A stretch of DNA of 64,000 nt from a virus (taxonomy: Duplodnaviria > Caudoviricetes): positions 766-64,765 of IMG/VR virus record IMGVR_UViG_3300017788_000019. One strand, 5' to 3'. A program made the translations under genes and the position numbers. The notes beneath the pieces are model-generated. The model had not been told where the DNA came from. It made no database searches and saw only the letters and a program-made list of their open reading frames with translations. This document shows positions 1 through 12,200 of the stretch, in pieces (positions within the stretch are counted from its first letter, which is position 1; each line of letters begins with the position of its first letter).

Positions 1-1
1 T

Positions 2-794
2 TATACAGAAACATCAAGTGGTTCCGGCGAATCTTCTGGCGATTTTGAGGGAGTGGCTGGAGGTGGAACTGGTGAGCAAGCAGAACTGTTTAAGAATTTT
101 ATGAATTCAAATGAAAAAATTAAAAACACCAATGCTCTTTATAAAGCTCTAATAGACTATGGTGGTTTTAGGCCAGAAAGCGCTGCAATATTTATGATGA
201 TAGCAGAAAGGGAATCTAGAATTGGCGTATCATCATTTAATGGCAATCTTAATACTGGAGACTATTCAATTGGGTTATGGCAAACAAACTTTTTGCGGAG
301 TTCCAGCTTTCTTAACAAGGATTATAGATTTACCAGTGCCAACGCAAGGTGGTTTAATTAAGAAAAAATACAAAGGATATCAACTTTTGTTTAAAGACTA
401 TAAAAAACTTGGAATAAACAATCAAGAAACAGCTCTTGCAAAAATTAGAGAAGTTGGAACAAAAGGAAAGCCTTTAGCAGATGCAAATTTGTGGACTGCT
501 GTTGGTCAAATAGCCATATTAAAGATGCAAGTACAGTCTTATCTAGATGATCCAGGGTTAAACAAAAGAGGTTGGTATTATACCCCTTGGGGGGAATATT
601 CTGGAGCTAATCAATATGGATGGATTAGACATTTAAAGTTTAAAACAGCAGTAGAATTTTATGTAAAAAACAATCCAGGCAAAACTGAAGAAGATTTAAT
701 AAAACACTGTCAACCATTTATTCACAACATGATAAATCAAGATGGTAAAGCTGTATATGCTAGGTGGTTGGCAGGAGAGGTTTTTGGCAACTAA
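2..794 (+). CDS. C-terminal part of a virion (baseplate hub/tail) protein with a lytic transglycosylase/lysozyme-like domain; +1 frame break at CGG 296
   Basis: Frame open from position 2. Motif IAERES...GDYSIGLWQTNF resembles SLT/Rpf-like transglycosylases (catalytic E-S, GLxQ). Joining ORF 53..361 to ORF 222..794 at TTG-C-GGA gives WQTNFLGVPAFL. Confidence 0.65.
296..299 (+). other. +1 frame-break site TTG-CGGA
   Basis: In-frame CGG; gene continues from GGA. Confidence 0.75.
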
Positions 795-1151
795 TGATAT
801 ATCCAAAATTTGACCAAAAAATTAATGATCAAATTCAGTCTTCACGCATGCAGCAATCAAAGACTAGAATGGCCACTGTTGCATCATACGACAGAACTAA
901 GAATACATTAACATTAATAATGGAGTCTCATTATTCTGATACAATTGGAAACATAGTTGGAGATGTACCATGTCCATCTATATATCGGAGTCCAGTTTGT
1001 GGCACCAGAACCGGGCGATAGATGTATAGTTGGATTTAGAGATGAAAACGAAAGGTCTCCTTACATTATCAACTTTATTAACGATTTTTCAAATGAAAGA
1101 AATGTTAATATGGGCATAGCTAATACTGGCATACCAAGGTATATGATTTAA
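794..1151 (+). CDS. Putative baseplate spike/gp5-OB-fold-like protein (118 aa after +1 join at CGG 986)
   Basis: ATG overlaps the previous stop. Joined sequence ATVASYD...VPCPSIYGVQFVAPEPGDRCIVGF matches the P-x-x-G-D-x-x-x-V-x-F pattern of spike N-domains; lies upstream of gp25/J genes. Confidence 0.55.
986..989 (+). other. +1 frame-break site TAT-CGGA
   Basis: Codon 65 of the gene starting at 794. Confidence 0.75.
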
Positions 1152-1152
1152 A

Positions 1153-1806
1153 ATGGTTAATAGAAAAACTTTAAGAAATGATGAAACTCAAAATAGAGAC
1201 AACTTTAATGAGTCTGAGGAGTTAAGAAAAAGAAATTCATTCTCAAGAAGGGAAGTCGGATTAACACACCCCGATACCAGCGCTTTTGTAAGGTTAAATG
1301 ACAGAGGTGAAGTTGAGATATTTGCAGGAGAAGAGCTTGGCATAATAATTAGCCCTTCGTCTAGGTCTATATCAATTTTTGCAGATGTAGTTAAAATAGT
1401 TACCAAAGAAGATTACGGCTTGAGGTGGAATAATATGAGTTTTAATTATTCTGGAGATGAGTTTAATGAGCCTTCTTTAGTTAAAACTAGTGAAAAAGAG
1501 ATAAATTCAGGCTTTAATTATGCTGGATATTACCTGGAATCTTTGGATGATTTTGAGGTTTTGGATAAAGAAACTAATGCCATTACTATTAGTGGAGAGT
1601 TTGCTTTTTCAAATAATCCGATGGATCCAGAGTCTTTATCTACAGCTGTAATTTCTGGAAAAATATCAGAAGAAGACTACGCCCTTCTAAAAGAGTACGG
1701 TTTAACTAACTCTCAGGAAAAAGTTGATTATATGAAAAAGCTGTTAGAATCTGGATTTAGCTTTAATCAAGCCAGGGAAAAAACAATGAGGGATAAGGGT
1801 GTCTGA
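1153..1806 (+). CDS. Hypothetical baseplate-region protein
   Basis: 217-aa ORF tightly packed between spike-like and gp25-like genes. Confidence 0.6.
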   Translation: MVNRKTLRNDETQNRDNFNESEELRKRNSFSRREVGLTHPDTSAFVRLNDRGEVEIFAGEELGIIISPSSRSISIFADVVKIVTKEDYGLRWNNMSFNYSGDEFNEPSLVKTSEKEINSGFNYAGYYLESLDDFEVLDKETNAITISGEFAFSNNPMDPESLSTAVISGKISEEDYALLKEYGLTNSQEKVDYMKKLLESGFSFNQAREKTMRDKGV

Positions 1807-2179
1807 TTTATTTTTGACATTAGACGGCGATCTTATGATCACTGGCAATAAAGATATAGCTAAGGTTAACACGCCAATGCAAAATGACATTCAACAGGTC
1901 TATATAAGGCTGATGACTGAGCCAGGTGACTTTCATGCTTATCCAAGACTTGGCCTAGATCTCTCTATGCTTTACGGCATGCCTCAAACCAAGTCCACTG
2001 GAGAAACTGGAAAAAGATTAATTATCGCAGCCCTTGAAAGAGAGGGAGTTTTTAAGGGTAAAAATATTTCCGTAGAAGCAGTGCCCACCGGTGCTGATAC
2101 TATAAGATTTGATATCCATGTTCAATCAGGTTCTTCAAATCCAATTACTTTAAGCATAAAACAGAGCCTAGGAGCATAA
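1799..2179 (+). CDS. Baseplate wedge subunit, gp25/GPW-like
   Basis: DL...GDL...Q.VYIRLMTEPGDF..YP.LG pattern, 126 aa, directly before baseplate J. Confidence 0.75.
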   Translation: MSDLFLTLDGDLMITGNKDIAKVNTPMQNDIQQVYIRLMTEPGDFHAYPRLGLDLSMLYGMPQTKSTGETGKRLIIAALEREGVFKGKNISVEAVPTGADTIRFDIHVQSGSSNPITLSIKQSLGA

Positions 2180-3349
2180 ATGCCTACAATAAATACTAAG
2201 ACAAAAGAAGAAATAATAGTTAGAATTTTAAATTCACTAGAGCAGAATGCCAATATAACTGCCACCTCTCCTGGTTCTGTGGCTAGAGCTTTTGCCGATG
2301 CTTTTGGTACAGAAATGTTTTATTTATATGAGTCTTTTAAAGAAGCTGTTAGTCAGACTAGTCTATCTACAGCTTCAGGTAGAGGTCTTGATTTAATTGG
2401 CGAAATGTATAATGTAAAAAGAAAAACATTATCAGACCAATTAGTCTACGAAAGAAGCACTGCAAATATAGAGTTTATTTTAGATAAACCTTATATTTCA
2501 GATATCATAATTCCTAAAGATACATTAGTTTATAATGATGTTGGATCTTATAATTCCACTCAATATTCATACAAGGTTGTAAATAATATAACGATACTAG
2601 CTGGTGTTACAAAAGCTTATGGTATGGTAAATCCAAACTTTCAATCAAATGACCATGTTGCATCTGTTGGTTCTTTAACTAGACATAACTTCATTACACC
2701 ACCAGGGGTAATAATCTTTTGTTCAAATCCCAAAGAAATATATCCAGTTATTAATGCGGAGTCTGATGATAACTATAAAAGAAGAATTCTTTCTGCCGTT
2801 AAGGTAAGCGCTACTGGAACGGTAGAAGCTTTAAGATTTTCTGCATTAGCCGTAAATGGGGTTAGGGATATTAGAATTAGAGAAGCTTCTTATGGTTTAG
2901 GTTCTTGTGAAATAATTGTAGTACCCGAAGTTCCTGGTAGAATTGGCAACATACCTAATCTAGTCAGCGCAGCCGTAACACAGGTTAGACCATTGGGCAT
3001 AAGAATGAATGTATCTGTAGCAAATGCTATTCCCGTAAGCGTACAGGCTACAATCACGTTACCATACGGTACAGCTCAAAATCTAAGAACAGGAATACAA
3101 AATCAAGCTTCTATATTTGTAAAAAGATATTTAAACTCCCTAACTATAGGAGATACAATGTCAATACAGGAAATAGAAAGACAGATAAGAATATCTTCTG
3201 ATCTCATTAGAAGCATTAACATAACGACCATTAGCGCTGACGGAACGCCAATAAATAGAAAAGATTTTAGACCACAAACAGAAAGAGATTACATAGTTTC
3301 TGGTGATATTTCTATAAACTCTGTTATAATTGGTGTGTCTAACTACTAA
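2180..3349 (+). CDS. Baseplate J-like wedge protein
   Basis: Motifs PGSVAR, TASGRGLDLIG, ESDDNYKRRI, GTVEAL, V.GVRD, RPLGI are typical of Baseplate_J. Confidence 0.85.
   Translation: MPTINTKTKEEIIVRILNSLEQNANITATSPGSVARAFADAFGTEMFYLYESFKEAVSQTSLSTASGRGLDLIGEMYNVKRKTLSDQLVYERSTANIEFILDKPYISDIIIPKDTLVYNDVGSYNSTQYSYKVVNNITILAGVTKAYGMVNPNFQSNDHVASVGSLTRHNFITPPGVIIFCSNPKEIYPVINAESDDNYKRRILSAVKVSATGTVEALRFSALAVNGVRDIRIREASYGLGSCEIIVVPEVPGRIGNIPNLVSAAVTQVRPLGIRMNVSVANAIPVSVQATITLPYGTAQNLRTGIQNQASIFVKRYLNSLTIGDTMSIQEIERQIRISSDLIRSINITTISADGTPINRKDFRPQTERDYIVSGDISINSVIIGVSNY
3322..3330 (+). promoter_or_regulatory. Extended -10 promoter (TG-n-TATAAT)
   Basis: TGTTATAAT about 35 nt upstream of the phosphoesterase ATG, inside the end of the J gene. 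Confidence 0.45.
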
Positions 3350-3364
3350 AGGTTGGTTTTATAA

Positions 3365-4609
3365 ATGAGTGAAAAGTATTTCCTGCTGACGACTAAGCAT
3401 ATCGTCAAGGCTCCCAACATGACTCAGGCCAAATTGGCAATAGAAGGAGAGTCTGATTTCATTGGAGAGGTCCTGAAGCAAAATTTAGATGTAAATGAAG
3501 TTTCTGACTCAGAAGCAAATAAGTATGTAGGTTTTTCCGAATTAAGTAAAGCTGAATTAAAACTTGATTCAAAACCTTCATTTGACGAAGAAGAAGATGA
3601 TTCATATTCTTTTGATAATAAATTTGATTGGATTAGATCAGAAAATAGAAGATTAGCAAAAGCTGTTGATCGATATAAAAATGTAAAAGACGAAGCTATT
3701 AGTGCCGTTTACCAAGCAGCATATGAGGCATTTACTTCATTTGAAATGGCTCCAGTAAAGATAAATAATATTAAGTCGTCAAAAACTGGTTCTCCAGAAA
3801 CAGCAGTTGCAGTATTTGGAGACTGGCAGTTAGGTAAAGTTACCCCTAATTACAATAGCGATGTTCTTGCTCGTAGAATAGAAACATATACAGAAAAGCT
3901 TTTGGAGATTACTCAGATACAGCGCGCTGATCATCCGGTTGACACTCTTCATGTATGGCTTCTTGGTGACATAGTTGAAGGCGAAGAGATCTTTCCAGGA
4001 CAAAGTCACCTAATTGATTCGGGTCTATATAGGCAGGTTGGCGTTAATGGTCCAGAGATTTTAGGTAACTTTTTAAGAACTGCTTTAGAGAACTTTAAGC
4101 ACGTTCACGTTACTGGCGTAATAGGTAACCATGGTGCCGTGGGCGGTAGAGCAAGAAAGCAGTACGATCCAGAAACAAATATGGATAGACTTCTGTATAA
4201 GATTGTTCAGCTGGTGTTCAAAAATGAACCAAGAATTACTTTTAATATTCCAGACGGTAAGGGTGAAAGAAACTTTTACGCCGTAGACAATATTGGAAAT
4301 TATAGCTCACTTCTTATTCATGGCGATCAAATGCCTGCACCAACCTCTTACTACGGTTACTATAAAAAGGTAATGGGGTGGAAAGATGGCGCTATTCCAG
4401 AGCATTTTGATGACGTATTTATGGGTCACTACCATCAGCAGTTTAAGATGACAATCGGTAGTGGCCTTTTAAGAATCTCTGGTTCGCCAGAAAGCCAAAA
4501 TACCTATGCTCAAGAATATTTCTCTTCCATGAGTAGACCTTGTCAGCACTTAATGTTTGTTCACCCAGAAAATGGTGTCACTTCAGAATACTCCATCTGG
4601 TTAGACTAA
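3365..4609 (+). CDS. Calcineurin-like metallophosphoesterase with extra N-terminal domain
   Basis: Motifs GDWQLG, LGDIVEG, GNHG, IHGD, GHYH. Confidence 0.85.
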   Translation: MSEKYFLLTTKHIVKAPNMTQAKLAIEGESDFIGEVLKQNLDVNEVSDSEANKYVGFSELSKAELKLDSKPSFDEEEDDSYSFDNKFDWIRSENRRLAKAVDRYKNVKDEAISAVYQAAYEAFTSFEMAPVKINNIKSSKTGSPETAVAVFGDWQLGKVTPNYNSDVLARRIETYTEKLLEITQIQRADHPVDTLHVWLLGDIVEGEEIFPGQSHLIDSGLYRQVGVNGPEILGNFLRTALENFKHVHVTGVIGNHGAVGGRARKQYDPETNMDRLLYKIVQLVFKNEPRITFNIPDGKGERNFYAVDNIGNYSSLLIHGDQMPAPTSYYGYYKKVMGWKDGAIPEHFDDVFMGHYHQQFKMTIGSGLLRISGSPESQNTYAQEYFSSMSRPCQHLMFVHPENGVTSEYSIWLD

Positions 4610-4628
4610 TACGGGAAGGCATCTGTAG

Positions 4629-7600
4629 ATGAAGCAATTTATAATAGCTTTAAAAAGCTCTGACTTTATTAAGTCTGGAAAAGCTTGGACTACAGATGCT
4701 ATAGACCTTTACCACAATAAATGGTACACGAACTATTCTGTATCAAAATCAAGGTATGGTTTAAACGAATTAGACGATAGAACATTTGTTGGAACTGAAG
4801 TATTATCAAACGCAACGCCATCAATTGTTGTTGAAGGTAGTACTCCAGTTTCCATCACTAACTATGGCGAAATATTTAGAGATACCAACGTCATAACATA
4901 TAACATATTTGAATACGATGAAATTTCTGAACAGTATTTCATATTTAATCTTATTGAAGATGCTTCGCCATTCTACATTTTAGATCCAACTTCTGTAAAC
5001 TTAGATTTATATAGGTTTGTTGACACTTCATCTAGAACTGATATCTTAAGCTACAAACGGAGCTTTTACCAATGTCAACACCCTTGATTCTCCAACCTAT
5101 ACTGTAACAGTTTATGAAGCCGATTCCGTAGATGGACCATGGCTAAAGTCATCTATATCTTCTGATGTAGGTACACTATTTATAACTAATTCCAAAAGAT
5201 ATGTAAAGTTTGATTTAGACATAGTATCTGAGTTAGAACCTCAAGATGTAGAAACTTATGGGTTTGTTCTTCTTGTAGAAGTGGCCATAGCAAACCCAAT
5301 ACCTTCAGTTCTCAGTAGAACCGCTAAAAAAATATTAAGTAGGTTTCCGTCCTGGGCAAAAATGTTTGAGGATGCTGTTGACGATGCAACCCCCAGCCTA
5401 CAGGCACCAGTTACAAACGCTGGATCTTTTATAAACTCTTTGGTAGCGGACTTCCCAGAGAACTTTGAAAAACAAGTAAATCAATTTGAGTTGGATAGAT
5501 TTATCACAACAGCTGATGAAAACCAACTGTCTTGGATGTATACAACTTCTGATGTTCCAGCGTCACACCTTTCTATAAAAGGCGATGCAGTAACTCTATC
5601 AAGAGTAGATACACTAAATGATTTTTATGAATCAGTAGAAAATGATTACTGCTATTACTACGCAGCTTCAGACAGAAGGCTGTTCACTAAAAAGCTTTTT
5701 AAAACACTGATTATTGACACAAATGTATTTGAACAAGAGCCACTATTAAAGTGGAACTGGTTTGATGAATTTGGTGCTAGAGTCGGACTGAATAGACTCT
5801 ACCTTGAACAAAACTCAAACTTTAAAAAAAGAATACTAGATACATACAAAAATTTACCAGGACCCTCTATAGAGGCTGTAAAGAAAACTTTAAGAAGAGA
5901 ACTGGATATCTGGAGTGCATATGGAGCAACTCCTGATTCCAATTACCTTGGAGCAACTCCTGAGATACTTGAGATTGCTGATATTGAATCAACAACTCCT
6001 TACTTTGATTTTTCTGGAAAACCAAACAAAGAATTCAGAGACTTTGTAAGATCATTGAATGAAAAATATCCTTTAAACTGGGGATACGTTAAATGGGGCG
6101 AAGGTTATTGGGACTACGCTGGGAGAGATCAGAGTGGCATTGGAAGAATACCAGCAGTATATGATGACGCTACGCCACTTGGTAAATACTATCAGCCAGG
6201 AATTGGTGATGTATCAGACGCTAATTTAATAGTTCAAGAACCATCAGAATCTATTGTAGATTTTAATGAAAAGTTTAAAGCTTATGGATCTCGTTACCTA
6301 GGGAAAGTAGATGACTACGCACCTGTATTGGTTGAGTACGAATACTACGGAAGTTATACCCAAGATTATTATGAAAATAGTCCAGCAACTGTTAACTTTA
6401 GGTACTTGCTAGAGATGCCAGTACACGGGTCTTACACAACGGCAAAAACTTTTTATGTAGATGTTACGCATAATCCAACAAATTCATACGGTCCAGATCA
6501 TCCAGCAAGTCCCGAGTATGAAACAATTCCAATCTTTGACCAAGATGGCTACGCATATCCTAAATATGTTTTTAAAGACATCAGTACGAATACAGAATAT
6601 CTTGATACTTCGGTGACACCACCAAATTCAAGAATTAATTACTACTTTGCCAACAAAGCATCTGCTACGCCCAATGCAGGTTCAAGTAACTTTAATATAT
6701 CTTTTACTGGAGCAACACCTTATTCTTCAACAATTGGATCTCCAGTAAGTCTCTTGAATGCTAGATTTATTAATGGTGGAGCAAATATAAAAGTATCCTC
6801 AAATCAATACTCTAAAAAGAGGGCAACTTTTGAGACTACGCCAAGGTTAAATGGATATTTCTTATTAAATAGTCAAAACGAGATATCATATACAAATGAT
6901 GTTGTTTTAGATAAAGATTTTATAGACAAGATATTGATCTTTCCGCCTGGTTCAACACCAATTTATTTTCACATAGATAACTTAAAGCCTTCTGGATACG
7001 AAGAGGTCAAAGATGTTTACATAAGCCCTACATATGATGGTTATGGTGGAATTTCTGTTGATGGCAATGAAATTAAATTAGTTCCAGCATCTCCAAATAT
7101 ATTTGCTCAGTATATTAATCCCAACTTTGCAACTCCAACTGATCACTCTGACTATGTCAGTAACGATGGCGCAACTTACAACTATTACTTTAGACAGTTA
7201 AAATATCCATATGGATCTACTCCAGATGCAATTAACTTTAAAACCTCAAATTCATCTACTCCTATATATCCGTTTAAGAGAGATTCTTGGGAAAGTTTTA
7301 CCGCCGAATCAACACCAATGATAAATGGTTCAATGAACAAAAAAGGAATCATTAGAACTAATGCAGAAAACTTTGATGACAATTTTAGTCTCAATTCTGA
7401 TTTTGTTGGAACATATGAATTAACATACGATAGCTTTGGCATAGATTGGCAAAATCATTACATAGAAAAAATTGAAGTAGTGAACTCTACGGATGGAGTA
7501 TTCTTAACCCCATCTCAACAGTTTGTCACTTTGGCTGGCCAAGATCCAGAATTCATTAACTCTTCAATCATTGAATATGAAGAGGGTGCACTCTCACCCG

Positions 7601-9234
7601 TTGATGTAACCGCTGAATTTGAAGGCATATACAGCTCTTATTTAAACGTTGGTTGGTACCATCAAAATGGAGAAGACTATTATATATACTCTTATCCAGT
7701 TACAGAAACTTTTGCTACTCCTGGTTTTTATTTAAACCTAAGTCACACTGCAAGACAGGGTGCGCCAATTATAGTAGAAAGAAACTCTGCTACCCCTGCG
7801 GTATTAAGAGAGGTAGCGTTCTATGATGAGGCTTCTCCAACATATGTGTCTTTAATAAATTCTGAAACTGTAATTGGAAATAAATCAAATAGTTTATATT
7901 TGGGCTATGAAAATGTTTACGACATACAAGTAACGGATTCTGTAACTGGATATGTTCTCATGGACGGCGGCAGTGCTACAGCAAATGCTATTCAGGTATT
8001 CAGCCCATCAACGCCTTCCGTATATGGAAGAGAATATTATGTTTCTTATAAGGTTAAAGATTCTTTTGTGGTTGATAATGATTATTACGACTCAAATCAG
8101 TCTAGTTATGTTACCGCTATAAGGTTTGATTCTACTCCGTCTTCATTCTATGAGTATGATATAACATATGAAAACTCTATTGTATCTCATGCCACTCCAA
8201 TAGCCCTTAACGTTAACCCAATGGAACTTTGGGATCAAGAGGGGTTTGTATACTTAAGTCATCAAGATTATGATTTTTTTGACGCAGAAATAAAATTAAA
8301 TCCAGCAAATATAATTGCAGATAATGATGATTTCATGGTGGTTACCATAAAGTCTTTGGATGAAAATGGAAACTCAAAACCATATCAAACATTTACCATA
8401 ACTGGAGATCATCTACAGGCAGAAGAATCCCATTATCATACCGATATAAATGGCTTTGTTAGTGCGAGAGTATATTTCTACGGAAGTACTTTAATAAACG
8501 ATACCTATGGAGCTGTAACCGTTCAGGGTGTAACCAATGGATCTGTAAATGCCCATGAAAATTCTCAGACTCAAGGATTTTCTAAGTCTATTGCATTTGA
8601 AATTTCAAAAGAATATCAGTCAGAGTATTCGCTCAAGGCTATATCTGAAAACTCTGTAATTCCAGCTGACGGAGTATCAAACAACTATATTAAGGGATTC
8701 TTAAAGAGAATCAGTACTCCACAGGCTAATAAAGTTATTTATTGGAGAAAAGGAAGAACGCTGCAGGACATCTTTGATGCCACGCCATATTACTCATATG
8801 TACTCTCCGATCAGTATGGAAACTTTGAAATAGGACCTTTTGTATCTGCGGAGAAGAATAACCCAGGAATGTGGTTAGTTGCGGTAGAGTCAGAAGGTGC
8901 TGCTACAGTAAATATTAACCCAGTGACTGTAGCTGGGGATATAGTATTCTGGAATGAAAAATATGACAATTTAAATTATGCCTACGGAGATTCGGTATTT
9001 TACAGTCCTGATTTACTATATATAAATAGAACGGATATGTATTCAACTCCTTCGTTTACAGTTCAATACTTTGACGGAAATTATGCAACTCCGTATTCAG
9101 CGACTCCAGACTGGCTGCCTCCAAAGTGGTACCCAGTCAATAGATATGATCAGTACATGATGGGGCTGCTAGGTTCTACGCCAATGCATGTAAGCGGCTA
9201 TCAGAACTTAATGAAAGATTATGAGGAAGAGTAA
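4629..9234 (+). CDS. Large virion/baseplate protein (1534 aa after +1 join at CGG 5058)
   Basis: ORF 4629..5087 joins an open +1 frame (5059..9234) at AAA-C-GGA. Contains FDEFGARVGLNRL..E.N..FKKRI, a baseplate wedge-like signature; beta-rich composition. Confidence 0.7.
5058..5061 (+). other. +1 frame-break site AAA-CGGA
   Basis: Codon 144; bracketed by stops at 5047 (+1 frame) and 5085 (0 frame). Confidence 0.8.
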
Positions 9235-12200
9235 ATGAAGAGTTTTGTTGACAAGACAGAATCATCAAAAGAACCAGCAGTAAAGACTGGTAACTTCATA
9301 CCAAAAGACTCAATTAACCTTCGGTTGGTTTTCTTCCAAAGAGATAAGTCCAGAAAACAACCTTGCTCTTGTTGACCTTTCTTCAACTATTCAAGAAAAT
9401 GTAAATGAAGACTCATCTTTTAATAAGCTCATGTTTGCGAACGAACTCGGAATGCTGGAAGACGAAAACGGAAATCCATATATTCCCTCTGATGATGTCC
9501 TAATTAGTGATATATTTTTAAATGAAGAAGTAGTTCTTCAAAATTATGAGCAAAATGAATTAGCCCAAAAGCCGTATGCAATGAACTACTATGTAAGTAA
9601 TCACTTTACATTACTTAGAACTGGAATGCATTTATCTAGCGGCCTAAATCATTACGTTGAAGATAGATTTATCCCAAACAACATTAAAGTTGTTGACAAA
9701 AATGGTAATCTTTATTCTGATCTTGAAACTGGTAGATTAAAGTATAGAATTTCTTTTGAATCTTTTGTTACTGATGAGAATATTATATCCAATGAAATAC
9801 CTCATAAGATAATTATCTTTATCGAAGATGCCTATCCAGAAAATTTAACTTTAGTATATGACAAAGTTGAGGTAGCCCAAAATGGTTCTTGGTCTAAACA
9901 AATTCTAAAATATTCCGAATCTATAAATCCAGTTCCTTTATTTAAAAAAATTCAAGAAGAAGCTGAAGTTGTAGATCCTTCTAATCTTTTTGATAAAACT
10001 TATTCTATTAAAAGAAATACAAAAACAAAGTCAATTAACAATCATGTTATGGGTTCTGAAGACAGCGTTGTATACGTTAATAAAAAAGCAATTGATGATA
10101 ATAGAATATTTGAAGTCTACAACTGGAGGGTTGTTGCAAAGGTTCAGAACTCAGTAGACTTTTCTGATATAAATTATGGCAGAGATTTTACCACTCAGAA
10201 TGTCCAAACAAAAACAGTAAAAGTTGGCGTCCTATATTCTGATTCTGTAACAAGAGATCTTAGTAATATAAACCCTTATGTCTTTTTAAATCTTCAAAAC
10301 TCAGTTTTTAATTTGGCAAATTTTGTTTTTGAAAATCCTAATTCAACATTAACAAATAAAAGCCTTGCCAACTATTGGCTTGTAGATATAGATTCTGTAA
10401 CAGATGAGCAAATCAGAAACTATGATATTCTTGCATGCTCGCTACACTGGTCTCTAACAGATAGTCACGCCGCAAAGATTAATTCTTTTCTAACTAATGC
10501 GGGAACATTTATAGTAGACACAATAGGTGCTCCCACTAATGCTCTTTTGAAGCTAAATCCAGCCCTAACTATAGCCGGAGCTGACATTAACACCACTCCA
10601 ACTTCCGCTCCGAGCACATACGCAACAAGCAATCTCTTATTAGACGCTCAAAAAAATAATGCATTCTCTATAACAACGTCAGAGTTTGCTACAGACTGTG
10701 GTATTTATGGCTTTAGCAAGGGGGCAAACAATGCTCACAAAAAATATAATTACTTCACAAATGCTGGACTAGAATCTTTATTAGAGAGAAGTTCTCAAAA
10801 ATTTTTTGTTCTACTTAGAACTGTTAATAGAACTGACAGGTTAATGGCGAGCAATATAGTTGCGTCAACTACTGGTTTTTTAAAGTATTGCAATGATTTA
10901 TACTCAGCTAATACCGCTATATCAACTCCAAACAATGGAGAATCTTCTATATCAGTGTCTACTAGTTCTTCATTTTCTAACTTTGTAGAGGGTCCATATA
11001 AATTCTTGTACAACTGCATTTCAGTAGGCATAAACGACAAGATTGAATCAACTAGATATAGATTTGATCTAAGGTCTAGCGTACATTATTACAGTGGTCA
11101 ATGGTATAGTGATTGGATAATTGATCCTAATGCATTGTTTGAAGACGAATTAATTTCATATTATAAAAATGGAATAGTTTCAGGCGAAAGAAAGTATGTG
11201 AGAGAAACAATAGCTTCTCCAAAAGATCTTTATAGGGCAGAAATATCTTCAGCAATTTCTAATTTGTCTAATGTCTTTTTGGATCAAAACGACGCTAACA
11301 TTACTCTTTATATAGAATATACGAATCCTAATGTTTTATGGACAAATACAGCATCAGTATCAGATTCTGAAAAGAGGGAAGTTTCATCTTCTTATAACTT
11401 AGTTAAAATTACAGATAAGAGTGTAGCTTGTGAAACTCACACAAATAAAGTGTCTCCAAAGTTTACTATTCCAGGTGGATTCGGACCATATGTTGTCAAA
11501 AGTAAATTAATTCCCTCTAAGAGGAGCCAACTAAAAGTTGCTCCAGTTGTTCCAGTTAGAAACTATTCTGTAAACCTTGCATCAACACAATCTATTACAT
11601 CTGGATCTGACACCCCGGTTAATTTTGATGCAACGCTAAACATAACTGCAACAGCAAAATTTAATCAGAATCATACTTTTAAAAGAGGTGGCGGTAGAAG
11701 AGAAATTGAGCCTGCAGTACCCGGTTCTGAACGCAGAATTGAACCTGGCGATACCAAATATTTTAAGGTAAAATCAATTGAAACGTCTCAAACTGGTGAC
11801 TATTCTTTAATAGATCCTAAACTAACTAAAATATCTAGCTTCTATAATGCATTCAACTATACATATGATATAGATAAGGGTAATACATGGGATGAATATT
11901 TTGCGGGTAAGGGAACTTCAACATATATTAAGTACATACAGCTAACCCTAACAGCTGCTGGAAACAACTTTGCTACATCAGTAGATGGAGTTTTTGGAGT
12001 AAATACTACAACTAAGTTAAAAGCATTCCAAAAAGACAGAGGCCTTAAAGATGATGGAATAGTTGATTCTCAAACCAAAATGTGGCTGGCAAGGGTTTGG
12101 GCCAATATGGGTCAGGAAACATTTGATAGTTATGTTAGAAGAATAAACTCAAACACTTATAAAGATAAAAACATAGACAAATATCTAAGAGGCGCAAGAA

